From the human T2T-CHM13v2.0 reference genome, Homo sapiens, in assembly GCF_009914755.1 (NCBI RefSeq), contig NC_060926.1: a DNA stretch of 64,000 nt. The stretch is one strand, 5' to 3'. The translations under genes and the position numbers were made by a program. This document shows, in pieces, positions 48,666-64,000 of the stretch. Position 1 is the first letter of the stretch; the number at the start of each line of letters is the position of its first letter. The notes under the pieces are model-generated. The model was not told where the DNA came from. It saw only the letters and a list, made by a program, of their open reading frames with translations, and did not search any database.

Positions 48666-49034
48666 GTGTTTATGAAGAGTTTTGCCAAACTACACTAAAT
48701 AAGGATTATGAGCCTCACCTTCTCCTGCTCTCTGAGTGGCGAGATCATCACTGAGGGGTCTTGCCCTACCCCCACATGCACACCTATGATCATCATTAAA
48801 ATGCCCTAAAGTTCTGTCCGATTCCTTATCTTCCTACACAGGCTGAGAATTCTTTCACCGAGTTTGCATGAAGCATTTTCTGCTAGGCTGCTATTGCTTC
48901 AAAATGCTGTCAAATATGAATGAGGATTGCAAAACTAATAGAAATATCTGAGAACCAATATACACAGCACAGTGATCACTCTTCACCCTGCGCTCCAGAC
49001 TCCTCACTGTTCCTCAAGGGGCCCTGCATTTGCT

Positions 49035-49520
49035 TTTGCTCATTCATTCATTCCATGAATGTTTATTGAGTCGCTACTATGTACCAGGCCCTCAGCCCTC
49101 AAGGACCTGAGGCCTAATGGAAGAGACCAGCATCAGAATGTGATGACATTTATAATTGTACAGATACAAACTGTAAAATGTTCTATGAAGGAAGATCACA
49201 GGCAGCTGAGGGAAAGACTTGCAGGGAAACAATCTGATGAGAAGGATAAGACCTCAAGAATTAGGAATGAGATGGGGACAGGGTGGAAGTTATTGCAGAT
49301 GGAAAGAACAGCCAATAAAAAGGCCCAACACATTTCTCCATCAGAAGACCAACAACATGGCTACTGAAAATGGGAGAACTTGTCAAGAGATGCATCTGAA
49401 ACAACAGGGAGGGAAAGGCACTAGATTGGGGAGGGTGTAGGGCCATGAACAGACATGGGATTGCCCCCCAACTGCAATGAGAAGACAGTGAGAGAATTTG
49501 AGAAGGAAGTAATAAGAAAA
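49035..49520 (-). mobile_element. L2 3' end
   Basis: 'ctcattcattcattccatgaatgtttattgagtcgctactatgtaccaggc'. Confidence 0.7.
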
Positions 49521-49857
49521 AAAAATCATCCTTGCCCTCAAGGAATTCACAATGGTATAATTAGATTAGAAGCTCCAAAAATGTTAATTTAGCCTTGGGT
49601 AAAATCATGAGAACACAAAAAAGAGATCATACTACTATTTTAAAACAGGGCTTGGGAAGATATATTCAGGGTGACGCTAAACACTCGGAGAATTCTGTGT
49701 CTGTTCTGGCTATTTCCCTTCTCAGTGAAGATAAGAAAAGAGCAGGTTAGGAAATATTTATGTTTTGGGGGCTACAGGAGCAGAATGAACAGAATAATTG
49801 GCCAAATCAGGGAAAAGTCTTCCTTAAGTTTAAGTGGATACAGGCTGTTTCTTATTA

Positions 49858-50197
49858 TAGGTTGAGTATTTTTTATCTGAAATTTCTGGGACAGAAATGT
49901 TTCAGATTTGAGGTTTTTCAGATTTTGAAGTATTTATATTTACAGAATGAGATATCTTGGGGGATACGACCCAAGTCTAAACGCAAAATTCACTTATGTT
50001 TCATACACATCTTGTACACCTAGGCTGAAGTTAATTTGATACAATATTTTAGGTAATTTTGTGCATGAAACAAAGTGTTGACTGTGTTTTGACTGGGACC
50101 CACCACATGAGATGAGCTGTGAAATTTTCCACTTGTGGTGTCGTGTCAGTGCTCAAAGAATTTAGGCTTTTGGATTTTCAGATTAGAGATGCTCAGT
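49858..50197. mobile_element. Tigger4/MER46-type DNA transposon MITE
   Basis: TIR-like ends 'taggttgagtatttttatctgaaatt' and 'ttttcagattagagatgctca'; internal 'acccaagtctaaacgcaaaattcacttatgtttcat'. Confidence 0.75.
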
Positions 50198-50398
50198 GTT
50201 TATGATAAATAACAATTTCTTCAGTGTTTACTAGCAAAGATAGGAAGCTTCATGAGATATTCCTAATTTACTCTTAATTTATTTTTTACAACTGCATGTT
50301 TGGTATTTGACATTATCTTTCTTCTCTTAGCCCATTGGTTGGCAATCTATAGCCCATGAGCCAAACCCAGCCCATCACCTATTTGTACACAGCCCATG

Positions 50399-51281
<883 letters not shown>

Positions 51282-53240
51282 TCATGAGCTAAGAATGGCT
51301 TTTACATTCATACATGCTTGAAACAAATCAAAAGACTGTTTCCTGACACATGAAAATTATGTAAAATTCAAATTTTATTGGAACCCAGCCATTGTCATTC
51401 CATTACACATCATCTGTGGCTGCGTTTGTGCTATGATGGTAGAGTTGCAGAGTCGTGACAGGAAACTTATAGTCTATAAAACCTAAAATATTTACTATCT
51501 TTACAGAAATAGTTTGCTGACTCCTGCCTTAATGTATAGACATGTTTGCTATTTTATTGGTTTACTTAAGCTATAAACTTGTGTAACCCATTGCTTTCTA
51601 CGTATAGTATAGATCTGTTTATAATCTGAAAACTTCAGAATCTCTAGGTCTAGGTTTCTTCCTATAGTCTATCCCAAATTACTGAGCCTCCAGTGTTTTA
51701 TTGATTTTTTAAATGATCCTTAGTAAAAATATTTTACATTGTGACTCAAGACACTCACATAAATAATAGAAACAAATTTCATGAAGCATTACTCATTCTT
51801 AATGTGTGAATCACTTTGACAGTTTCCGTTCTCTTCTACTCCAGTTTTTTAAAGTACCAGTAAAAAATCTACCAATTTCACACCCCACTTATGGGTCAAT
51901 GCACACATGTTAATAAACATCATGAATCTAACAGATTCAAATCTAAACAACACAAAATGTTTCTCTTCTACACTGTCTACCAAGGAAGACGAGTACAGAA
52001 ACAGCAATAAAGTTTAGATGATATGAGTTTAAAAGAAGTCTTTAGAAGCAAAGAGGGATAGAGCTATTTTTTTTTCATGGCATTGTTGGGTAGTTTCATC
52101 AAGAAAGATCTTGAAAGATGGTCAGGAAATCCTGGTAGAGAAGAAAAAATGGGGGGAGGGCACAACTCGCCCCATGTCAGAATGACATGCTCTGTAACAG
52201 AAACTCCACAGGTTAAGAACAAGGTCTTAAGAAATTTTTTATTTCTAGTCCCTAGTGTAATGTTTTACACAAAGTAGTTGCTCAGTAATTGTTTATGTGT
52301 CCACTGAGTAATTGCTCCAGGACCTATTTGAGCCCAACTCTACCCACCTCTAAATATGTAAATTTGAGTTCTTATATCCTATTTTTTCCCACTACTTTTC
52401 ACTCCTATTGGGTCATTTTAATTAATGCAACTGACTTTTTTTGAAGGTATACTGTGGTTAATGTTTGAAACCAAGATCCCAAATTTGTTTCTACTGCTCT
52501 GGCTGCCATGTTTGATTCTTAAGAAATTCATCAGAAGGGACCCAGCATTCAAACCCACACTGTGTTGCTGGTAGGCTTCCACTGTGAATCTCTTTGTTTG
52601 GTCTATCAGCCTCAAGGATCTTCTGTATGTGAGCTTAAGACCTCGAGAGGCCAGGCCAGGGCTGCCTGCTCTACACTTCCTTTTTCTGAATGCACCCGGG
52701 CCCACTCGCCTGTCCCTCTTACTACAGAGAAGCCAGGAAGAAACAAATGGATTTCTGCCTCTTTACACTCACATTCCAAAGGTTCTGCTTCTACATGATG
52801 CCATGTGAAGTCCAGTGCCCCTCCAAGACTCCCGAGATTCTTCATGGTCCCTTTGGCTCTGAGTCCTAGCTTTTCATGAACTCGTGATATCACTTGTGTT
52901 TGTTTCCTGTGATGGGTTGTCTCTTTTCTTTACCCCATTTCCAGGATTCGTCATTCACCCCAACCCAAGCCAATCCACAAGGCTTTTCCCCAGAATTTGG
53001 GATAGTGGAGATGTATGTCACCATAAGTCTAGCTGTTCTTTTCGTCCTAAATATTATCTGCTTCTCTGTTTTCTAGGTCAGGCATGTCACTCTCTTCCGG
53101 TATGCCTTAAAAATCAATAGCTTGCTTTATTAAGCAGAAAATAGCAGAGTTCGCCTTCCTTGTAGTTCTGGGCCTCTCTGCCTGTACCAAACTCATCCAT
53201 TCTGGACAAAATAAATTGTTCGTAATGGGTTTCTCCATTT

Positions 53241-53507
53241 CAGCAGTGTACTAAGGGGGTGATGGAGGATGGGAGTGGTCTGCCCTGGGTGCAATAAGGG
53301 AGCGCCTGGGTGTAAATAATTTAAAAGCAATAATAAACTCAACTGAATATTCATCTGCTTTCTATTATCACCATGTGCCAGCAATTCTAACAATCTCAGC
53401 AATAAAATACTCCTCCCCACTGGAACCACTCCCACTGTTACCCTTGCCCAGTAGGACCCACTCCCACTGGTACCCTTGCCCACTGTGCTCCACTTTGGTA
53501 GGCACTG
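53241..53507. mobile_element. MER97-like hAT-Tip100 internally deleted element
   Basis: TIR-like ends 'cagcagtgtactaag' and 'ctttggtaggcactg'; 8-bp TSD ctccattt / ctccagtt; 'tattatcaccatgtgccagcaattcta'. Confidence 0.7.
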
Positions 53508-55029
53508 CTCCAGTTAGGAACACAAAACATGCAGGCACCTTGAAATGTCCATTGTTCTCATCCGCTCTGCCAGGGAGATTTCATTTTTCAAAGATAGAAA
53601 ACTTCTTCCTTCCTGGAATTCTTTTTTCCATTGGCTTCTATGCCACTGCTCTCTCCTGGTTTTTCTCCACTGCCTCTACCTGTATTTCCTTAGTCTCCTT
53701 CCAAAGTTCCCCCTTCTCTGTGATAGACTCCTTCCCTGAACTAGTCAGGAAGTAGGCATGGTTAGTTGATTCTAAGGAGGTACTTACATGAGCAACCCTT
53801 GCCCAAACTTTGCCATGCAAATGGAGCCGAAGGAAAAATAGAGAAGCATCATGTTCTGGAGAGGGTTCCAAGGCATAGCAAGAGAAGTGTTTCCAAAATG
53901 GGGACTTGAATTGAGCAAGAAGAGACAGAGTGAGGGAGGCAAGGCTAGTCATCTGCTATGTGATGAAGGCAGCTCTCCTGAGGTCTGCTGCAAAAACATT
54001 CTATGCTAGATTCATGTGTAGGATTTCAGGAATGAGACAAAGGATACAGCCAAACAGTCTTTGGCAGAATTATATTACTCCACAGCTCAGCAGAAGGTTT
54101 GAATCTAGATAATTGAGGTGATGGTGGGAGTTTCTAGGTCGGAAAGGCAAAGATCTAGGAAAAACACTGGGAGTAGGTGACCAACCACAGCAGCCTGTGT
54201 GTTCCTCTCATCTTATATCCCCCAAATGAGAGCTGCTCGTCAGTAGTGCCCTATCTCACATATGGCCAGCTAGGGTGAAGCAAAAAGCAATCCACAAGCT
54301 GCCTAATGGCCCAATATGTATCAAGGTCTTTATCTAGAAGTAAGTGTCTAAAGAGTATCTCAGCACTGTGGACATGGCCAGAGGGCAGGGTGCATCTTCA
54401 ACACCTTGGAGAGTGGCCACAGGTGTTGCTGATATCTGGGAGGGAAGAGAAACAAGGAAATGCAGCCTCTTCTATCACATGCACTTGTAAGGCAGAAAAA
54501 ATCTAAACACCCACACTATGGGCACTAGCAAGGAAAGGAGTCATTCTCTCAGATCGGGAGGGAGAACTCTCTGATCTTTCACTACCTTCCATGAGGTTTA
54601 TCATTCGGAGACACGAAGCATCAGTCACTCTGACCCCACATGCAGCAGGCACCTGAGGCCTTCCCGAAGTGGGTCCTCAGCACCCACTTTATTCCACTTC
54701 ACTTCCACTGTGGGAGGTTGAGTTCCATGCAGTATCTAGCTACATCCACATATCCGTGCCTCCCTTCTCTGCTTTCCCATTCACATCTCCATTCACCAAA
54801 GGCTGGCTCTGCACTGGCATCTGACATCCCCACATGGACTGCTGTAATCAGATAGGAAGCTCCAGTCAACTGAAGCATCTCCAAGAATCCGAGTGGCTAC
54901 CAGCCTGCAGGAAGGAATCAACTCATCTCTTTGGGTGCCCTACCAAGACAGACAAGAAGAACACTACAAAAAAAAAAAAAAAAAAGAAAATCATATGTGA
55001 TGAGGGTACTTTATTTATATATTGGAAGA

Positions 55030-56250
<1,221 letters not shown>

Positions 56251-57398
56251 AAGGAGGTAAAATTGTCAAAGGGAAATTTTCCACTTACACTTGCCCCAGA
56301 AGATGACAACATAAAATTAGATATTTCATTCCAACTGATTGAGAAAGAACCATGAAATTGAGTGACCCTAAGAAGACAGACCTAACAGAACTACTGGAAG
56401 ATCTTTGCTGACCAGTGAACAATGGAAGAGACACATGGACTCATTCAACCCTTAATTAGCATCCTAGCCTGAACTCTCCCTTTCCTAGCACTCAAACCCT
56501 CCTAACTTTTCCCCTCTGCAAAGTTCTCAGTGGATGTATTCACTGACGTGTACTCCTTGCCAGGCACTTTAATAAACGTTTTATTTTTTTCAATGCTCTT
56601 GTGGTTTTTGTCTTATTATTTGGCCAGAAAAATTAAACCACATGAGTTATGATTTGGACATGCTAAATTGTATTGCCCACAGGATGTGTCCTGGAATGAG
56701 GCCAGCAGGCAGTTTCAGGTCTGTACCCAAAGCTTGGCTTAGGTGTTTGGGAAGAAGTAGATCAAGAAGCCACCAGCAAAGAGGTGTTAGTTGAAGCCAA
56801 AGATAGGAATAGGATACCAACTAAGCGAAATGTGTTGCTGAGAAGATAAGAAGGCTTGGGTGAAAGCACTGGAAGATTTTCTAAAAGATGCCAAAGCATA
56901 AAGGATGAGTGAATATATGATCATTTAATTTAAGCGTTCTATGTTTATTCTTTACTTGCAGCCAACCTCCAATGCCCAGTACCTCCTGTTGCTTATAGTT
57001 TTAGACTGTTTTGTCTCTTTACACATCGTAATTTTTTTTCCAGACTTCATTCAGCAAACCAGGGAGCCATCTGGCCACCTCATGATGGAAAAAGCATAAA
57101 TGTTCTGGGAGGTTCCCTATAAATTATCATTATTGTGCAGCACTGATAAGGAAACAAGATCTGTCTCTGTTTTAAGGAGGACTCTCAGTCCTCAGGTTTA
57201 TGTAAAAGGAATATATCTTCATTTAGATTTAACTTAATTTCTATGTGGAGCCCCACTCTTGCCTCTTTTCCATGGGAAGAATCCCAATATCTTCAGGTTT
57301 ACCCTGACCCCAGCCACACAGAGGTCACCTTAGTCCTTTCAAGTGAGGCAGCAGCTCTCTACTTCCTCTGTGCCTTTCTTGAGAATCAACTTTATCTT

Positions 57399-57640
57399 GC
57401 TGGGTGGCATGGCTCACGCCTGCAATTTCAGCACTTTGGGAAGTGGAGGTGGGCTGATCACTTCACCCCAGGAGTTCGAGACCAGCCTGGGTAACATGGT
57501 GAGACGCCCGTCTCTACACAAAATTAAAACATTAGCCAGGCGTGGTGGCGTGCATCTGTAGTCCCAGCTAAGATTGTGCCACTAGACTCCAGCCTGGGCA
57601 ACCGAAAGAGACCCTATCTCAAAAAAAAAAGAAACAAAAA
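57399..57640 (+). mobile_element. Alu with a right-arm internal deletion
   Basis: 'gtagtcccagcta' joins directly to 'agattgtgccact'; A-rich tail. Confidence 0.88.
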
Positions 57641-58595
57641 ACATCTATTTCCCCTTGCTGCCTGCTCACTGGCCTCAGGCCCCCTAAGACCCTCTGGAGT
57701 CCTATCATCCTTTGCTCTTCCCCACTCCCCCAAGAACTCTGCCTGGGTAGCACCATGCATGGCCTGTCTCCTCAGGACCTACCCACTGCTTTGCGCCTCT
57801 GGGGCTTGGAAATCACTAGGAGGCTATGGCCATTCCTTTCTGGGATCTTCCTAACCTTTCAGACTCCAACACCAGACTTCCTCCCAGCCCCATACCACTG
57901 AAGAGAACTCTGATTTTCGACTCAAACGCATTCCCTCTGCTATGATGTTCAGCCTCAGAGGCATCTGAGTGTGGGCTTTAGCCAGAGGTCAGCAGATTGT
58001 CTTTTGCTGTTGTGCTCCTCCCCTAAGGCAGTTGATTTAAACAGGTCTACCTTCTTGAATGGAGGTGGTAAGGGGGAAAGTTCAGAATTTTTTAAATGAA
58101 ATATGCAAGGGAAGAAAACATCAATTAGTATCTCAAAATATTCTAATAGTTGTGTTTACTTATATCTCCAGATCACTCTGTTGTACCCCAAACAGACTCT
58201 TATATCAACTGCCAACTCACCATGTCCACTTGGATATCCAAGGGAACATGATAGGATGTGATTTTTGCCCTTTTGAGCATTAAAAATTTTCAGTGGCACA
58301 GAACTCCTGACACAAAGGAGAATTAGAAATAACTCAAATCTACACTTGAGCAAGACATATATGGTTTGTTTCTGTGGAGAAAACATCATCTTTCTAGTAT
58401 CTCCTCACCACAGAGAAGAGCCCTACACCAACTGGGGACCTAGGTACTGTGTGCAGAGAGTAACGTCCTGAAAGCATTAAGGGAGTGCTGTCAGGTGGAT
58501 AGTGATGGCTTCTGATTGTCAGTTGGAGGGTGCTATGCTAATTGGGAACTTTGTGACTTAAACTTAAAAAAATATTTTTTTAAATCAAAGAAACA

Positions 58596-58717
58596 TTTGT
58601 AGAGGCAGGTTCTTGCTATGTTGCCCAGACTGGCCTCAAACACCTGGCCTCAAGAAATCCTCCCATCTCAGCCTCCCAAAGTGCTGGGATTGCAGGTGCG
58701 AGCCACCATGCCCAGCC
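58596..58717 (-). mobile_element. FLAM/Alu left monomer
   Basis: 'ttgctatgttgcccagactggcctcaaac...cctcccaaagtgctgggatt'. Confidence 0.85.
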
Positions 58718-58767
58718 AAGAAATGATACTGAAGAGCCCAAGGTATTTGTTAAATTTGTGGAATGGA

Positions 58768-58774
<7 letters not shown>

Positions 58775-58831
<57 letters not shown>

Positions 58832-59152
58832 ATATATGTACATACATGAATATAAAATATAAATTATATATACACATATAATTACATGCATATATACATA
58901 TATAAAATATAATTAAATATATTACATATTATATACTATATATGTTAAATTTGTGGAATGTAATCATATATGTATATAACATATAATATAGATAATATAT
59001 ATAATATATACACATACACATATGTGTATATATGTATATATGTATATATGTATATATGTATATAATATGTTACATAATTTATGTAATTATATATTATATA
59101 TACATAATATATTTATTATATATGTAATTATGCATTTTAAAAATATATATAT
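58775..59152. repeat. (TA)n and AT-rich low-complexity tract
   Basis: Directly visible. Confidence 0.95.
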
Positions 59153-59359
59153 TGGTTGTAGGGATGGAGGTGGGAGAAATCTCTCAATCAACAAAATAGG
59201 AATAAAATTCCTAGTGCCAACTAAGGTAGAGGGCAGATCTTTATACTTTCAGGGATCAATTCTATAGTAGGTTACTAGAGAAATGTTTCTGAACAGAGTA
59301 GGGGGAGAAATCTCAATGAAAAGCTGCAGTAGCTCTCCTGAGCATGAAGCTGGCAGGTG

Positions 59360-59373
59360 GTGCCACCTGGTGG
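59360..59373 (-). promoter_or_regulatory. Consensus CTCF motif
   Basis: Reverse complement CCACCAGGTGGCAC fits CCASYAGRKGGCRS fully. Confidence 0.55.
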
Positions 59374-59679
59374 TAGCCACTGCTTGCTGTCGATGACCGT
59401 TCTTTGCTCCTTGGACAAGGATAAGAGAGAGAGAGAACACAAGCTGCGGGTTCCTTTCTGATGTGATTGCTTGTATTTTGTTCTTCACTCTCAGGGATTG
59501 TTCCTTTCACTTTTCCATAAAGGAAACGGGTAACATCTAGTATCTTCTTTATTTCAGTTTTCTTATGGCCATACTAAGGATGCATTTGACAACAAAACTC
59601 TCAAAAAGATAAATTGAAGGTGTATCTCTTTCTTGGCTTGCTCACCCTTTACCAAAAACTTCCTTTTTCAAGTAAAGCA

Positions 59680-60690
59680 GTTAGTTCTTTGCTTATTTTT
59701 ATATAACAATATATGATACTGTTTTAATTTTAAACATGTCTTCTCACTAAACATCCACATCAGTACATATGTATCTAATTAGTTTTTATCTTCTGTATAG
59801 TATCTTAAGATATGAATAAATTATGGTATATTTATTTAGCCAGTGATGTGCCATAGTATATTTAACCATTGGCTTTCTCTCAGTGCTTTCAATTCTTTGC
59901 TAGAACAAGCAGTGCTTGCAATGAACATCGTTGTATGTTTTCTGCACATCCATGAGTTTTCCTTAATAGTAAATAAGATGTGGAATTGCTGGGTCAAAGA
60001 GTATCTATACTTTAAGTTCTAAGCTACTACCAAAATGTCTTTCAATTCAGCACTGAGATTTTATACCCCCCGTAAACAGTGTGTGGAGTACATATCTGGT
60101 CCCCACTTCCGTTCTTTCTCTCTGCCTCTTTCTCTTAATCTCACTCTTTCTCTCTTTCAACCTGGACAGAAGAAATAACACCTTATTACCACTCTAATTT
60201 AATTCCCCTTTTTACTAACTAGATTGAAATGATTATATTTCATGGTCATTCATATTTTTTCTTCTGCAAATGTCTATTAATATATGTATACAGCTCAATA
60301 CTGAATTGTGCATGCTTTTCTTTTTTGCATGCACATCTTTGTATATTCTGAATATTAATTCTTGGTTGGACCAGTCTCGTCTTTAATTTTGTTTATGATA
60401 TGATATTCAGAAGTTATCAATACTGATAGAATCAGGTTTATCAATCTCTTCTTTCATGTTTCTTTAAATTTGTGTTTTAAGAAGACTTTACGTACCTTTT
60501 ATATTTTTTCTATGACTTTATGTTTATATTTATTTAACAATCAAGTATATGTTTCTATAAATGGTTCAAGGATCTATCTTAACCTTTTCCTGAGTGTATA
60601 AACAGTGTTTGTTGACTAGTTTACCTTTCTGAACTGATTTGAATAGGCAATTTTTTCACATTCTAAATTTTAATATACTCAAAGGTCTTG
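59680..60690 (-). mobile_element. Old L1ME fragment
   Basis: 'gcaatgaacatcgttgtatg', 'tggaattgctgggtcaaagagtat'. Confidence 0.7.
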
Positions 60691-60710
60691 AGCTGAGAAG
60701 AAATATCTAA

Positions 60711-61336
<626 letters not shown>

Positions 61337-61787
61337 CTGAGAAGAGATACCTTGAAGTAGATATGCAAGTTTGGGAGAAATTGGCATTTACATGATATTT
61401 GGAGGATATAACAAGTGAAATCAGTCTCCTAGAGGTACTGTGTAGAATTAGAAGAAAATAAAGGTGATAGAAGACACAATTGAAGGAGGACAGGACATGG
61501 GGTAAAGATACAATGTGTGCTGCATCAAAGCTCCCTGTGGGAGCTGCATTCCTACCCTAGGAGGGTATAGAAGCCGCACCCAAAGCACAGGCTCCTGCCT
61601 TCAGATTTTGCTCAGATCACCCCAATGGCTCCGGTGGCTCTAATTTGTCCTTTCACATCCCTGAGTCCTTGAACAGAACTTAACTCCTTTCTAGCACCAC
61701 TTGCGGAAGGAGAGGTTGGTTCTTACAATTGAAAGGCACTATCAACATTTACAGCATTCAGGCCACAGATGCAAAAAAATCATATGG

Positions 61788-62530
<743 letters not shown>

Positions 62531-63532
62531 CAAGAGTTTCTGCACATGTAAGAAACAGGTATGGAAAAAATTCACACATGAGAGACAGGGAACAGGCAGG
62601 CTTAGAAACCACTCATGGCCTACATGTTCAGATGGATTAGTAGCATCTGAGGGAAATGCTCCAGCAACACACACAGACCCCTGGTTCCTAAGCCAGCCAT
62701 GGTTCCCCAAGGCAGCTTACCTGGGACCTTGAGAATCCAGCATGTGGAGAGTCTGGGCTGATCTTGACTCTCCATGTGGGCCCTCCCTGATATGGAGCTG
62801 AACCAAACCTTGGCAAGCCGAGTAAAAATTCAGTAACACTGGAGCCTTCACAACCCATGTCTCTCCTGGGGAAAACAGCAGAGATTAGGAAAGACAGTGA
62901 AACCAACTTATCATCAAGTTCTATCACATGTGCATGGGTGGCCACAACTATGGGATCTCACTTAATGTCATCAAGGACATGAACTTGATATGGATTATGA
63001 TTTTTTCAGTGTTATACGAAATCCTCAGCAAATTCACCTTCATCTTCTCCCTACCTACAGACTACTGCATCTAGCTCCTTCAGCAACAAAAATCTGGGCT
63101 GCCACCAACCCCATCACTGATGCTTCCTGGAGCCCATATTCTTGTCCTGAAGCCTTGCCAGGGATGTGATGTTGAGTCCAAGCAGGAAGGGTTCTCAGAA
63201 CATTCCTCTTGGCTGAAAGAGACTGGACTGTGACTGGCTGTCAGGCCATGATTTAGTGGGTAGCAATGTGCCCCCTGCCTCTGCCTTCCTAAGAAATTCT
63301 ACTCAGTATCGTTCAGGAGGAAAATTGCTCTGTTCATTTCTTTTGTTTCTGCTCACATATTCTTCCGCTGGCTTTGGAGCACTCTTGAGCTTTTCCTTCT
63401 TTTCCCCTGTTCAGTAGTCTCCCTTACAGGCGAAGGATTGAGTCCTAAGACTCACTTTCTCCTTTCCGTGATGGTAACTACTCTCTCTCCAATGTCAAAC
63501 CAGGGAAGAGACCCACGATTTAAGACAGGCCT

Positions 63533-63543
63533 TGCTGAGTCAT
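63533..63543 (+). promoter_or_regulatory. NF-E2/NRF2-sMAF (ARE) motif TGCTGAGTCAT
   Basis: Exact consensus; kappaB-like GGGCTTTCC at 63551-63559. Confidence 0.35.
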
Positions 63544-63659
63544 TCACAGAGGGCTTTCCAAAGGGAGTAGCACTTATGCCAAATGGGTGAGATCAAACCA
63601 CTTCTGGCGCTCTCGGCTTTCATTTTTCTTTCTTTTCAAAACATCTTTGTTCAGTTTTT

Positions 63660-63845
63660 CAAAATGCAGTTCTCTTACCACCTGTGTCCAATTGTCCTGG
63701 GACTCCTGTGAAAATTGCAAATTCCTGTGCTTCACCCCAGACCAGACCTATTCAATCCAATCTCTTGAGGGTGGAGCTTAAGACTCTCCAGGTTAAACAA
63801 GCACTCAAGCAGATTCCTAAGTACACAAGATTTGAGAACTGTTAT
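63660..63845. mobile_element. MER5A-type MITE
   Basis: 'caccccagaccagacctattcaatccaatctcttgagggtggagc...tttgagaactg'. Confidence 0.7.
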
Positions 63846-64000
63846 AGGCTGAGAATTTTGATAATAAATTAACATCTGGTTTTATTTAATTCAGCCTCAA
63901 AATCTCTCAGACTAGTGCAAGGCTGGAATTTTTCTCTTCTTTTCTTTCCTTTTTTTTTTCTTATTTTCTTTCTTTTCTTTTCTTCTTAACAGCAAAAGGA

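Noticed and set aside
53060-53105. Possible micro-exon (ctctgttttctag ... ccg|gtatgc)
   Set aside because: Splice-like motifs only, very short, with no supporting frame or homology.
54551-54577. Short hairpin agatcggg...tctgatct
   Set aside because: 8-bp stem with G-U pairs, expected by chance; no RNA family recognised.

Overview
This is primate, probably human, non-coding genomic DNA dominated by interspersed repeats. They include Alus, a roughly 8 kb full-length L1MA1-3-type LINE, older L1M/L2/CR1/MIR relics, MaLR and ERV LTRs, and hAT/Tigger DNA transposons. I could not recognise any intact protein-coding gene; the long ORFs derive from repeats, low-complexity tracts or the pseudogene below. 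The standout feature is a roughly 590 bp decayed HOXB3 fragment at 29286-29873, covering a putative intron 3' end, the homeodomain and part of the C-terminal region. It lies inside an MLT1 LTR that itself sits inside a MIR. Its junctions (degenerate TSD, T-rich tract on the left, TTTTT/AA site on the right) suggest an L1-mediated retrocopy of an RNA antisense to HOXB3 rather than a normal processed pseudogene. Also present are a CpG-rich putative promoter and first exon (about 40.1-40.65 kb) with a candidate second exon, a 24-bp-unit minisatellite, a young AluY, and CTCF, ARE and CRE motifs. Repeat subfamily names and the HOXB3 comparison come from recalled consensus sequences, not database searches. 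Boundaries are approximate unless a TSD is cited.
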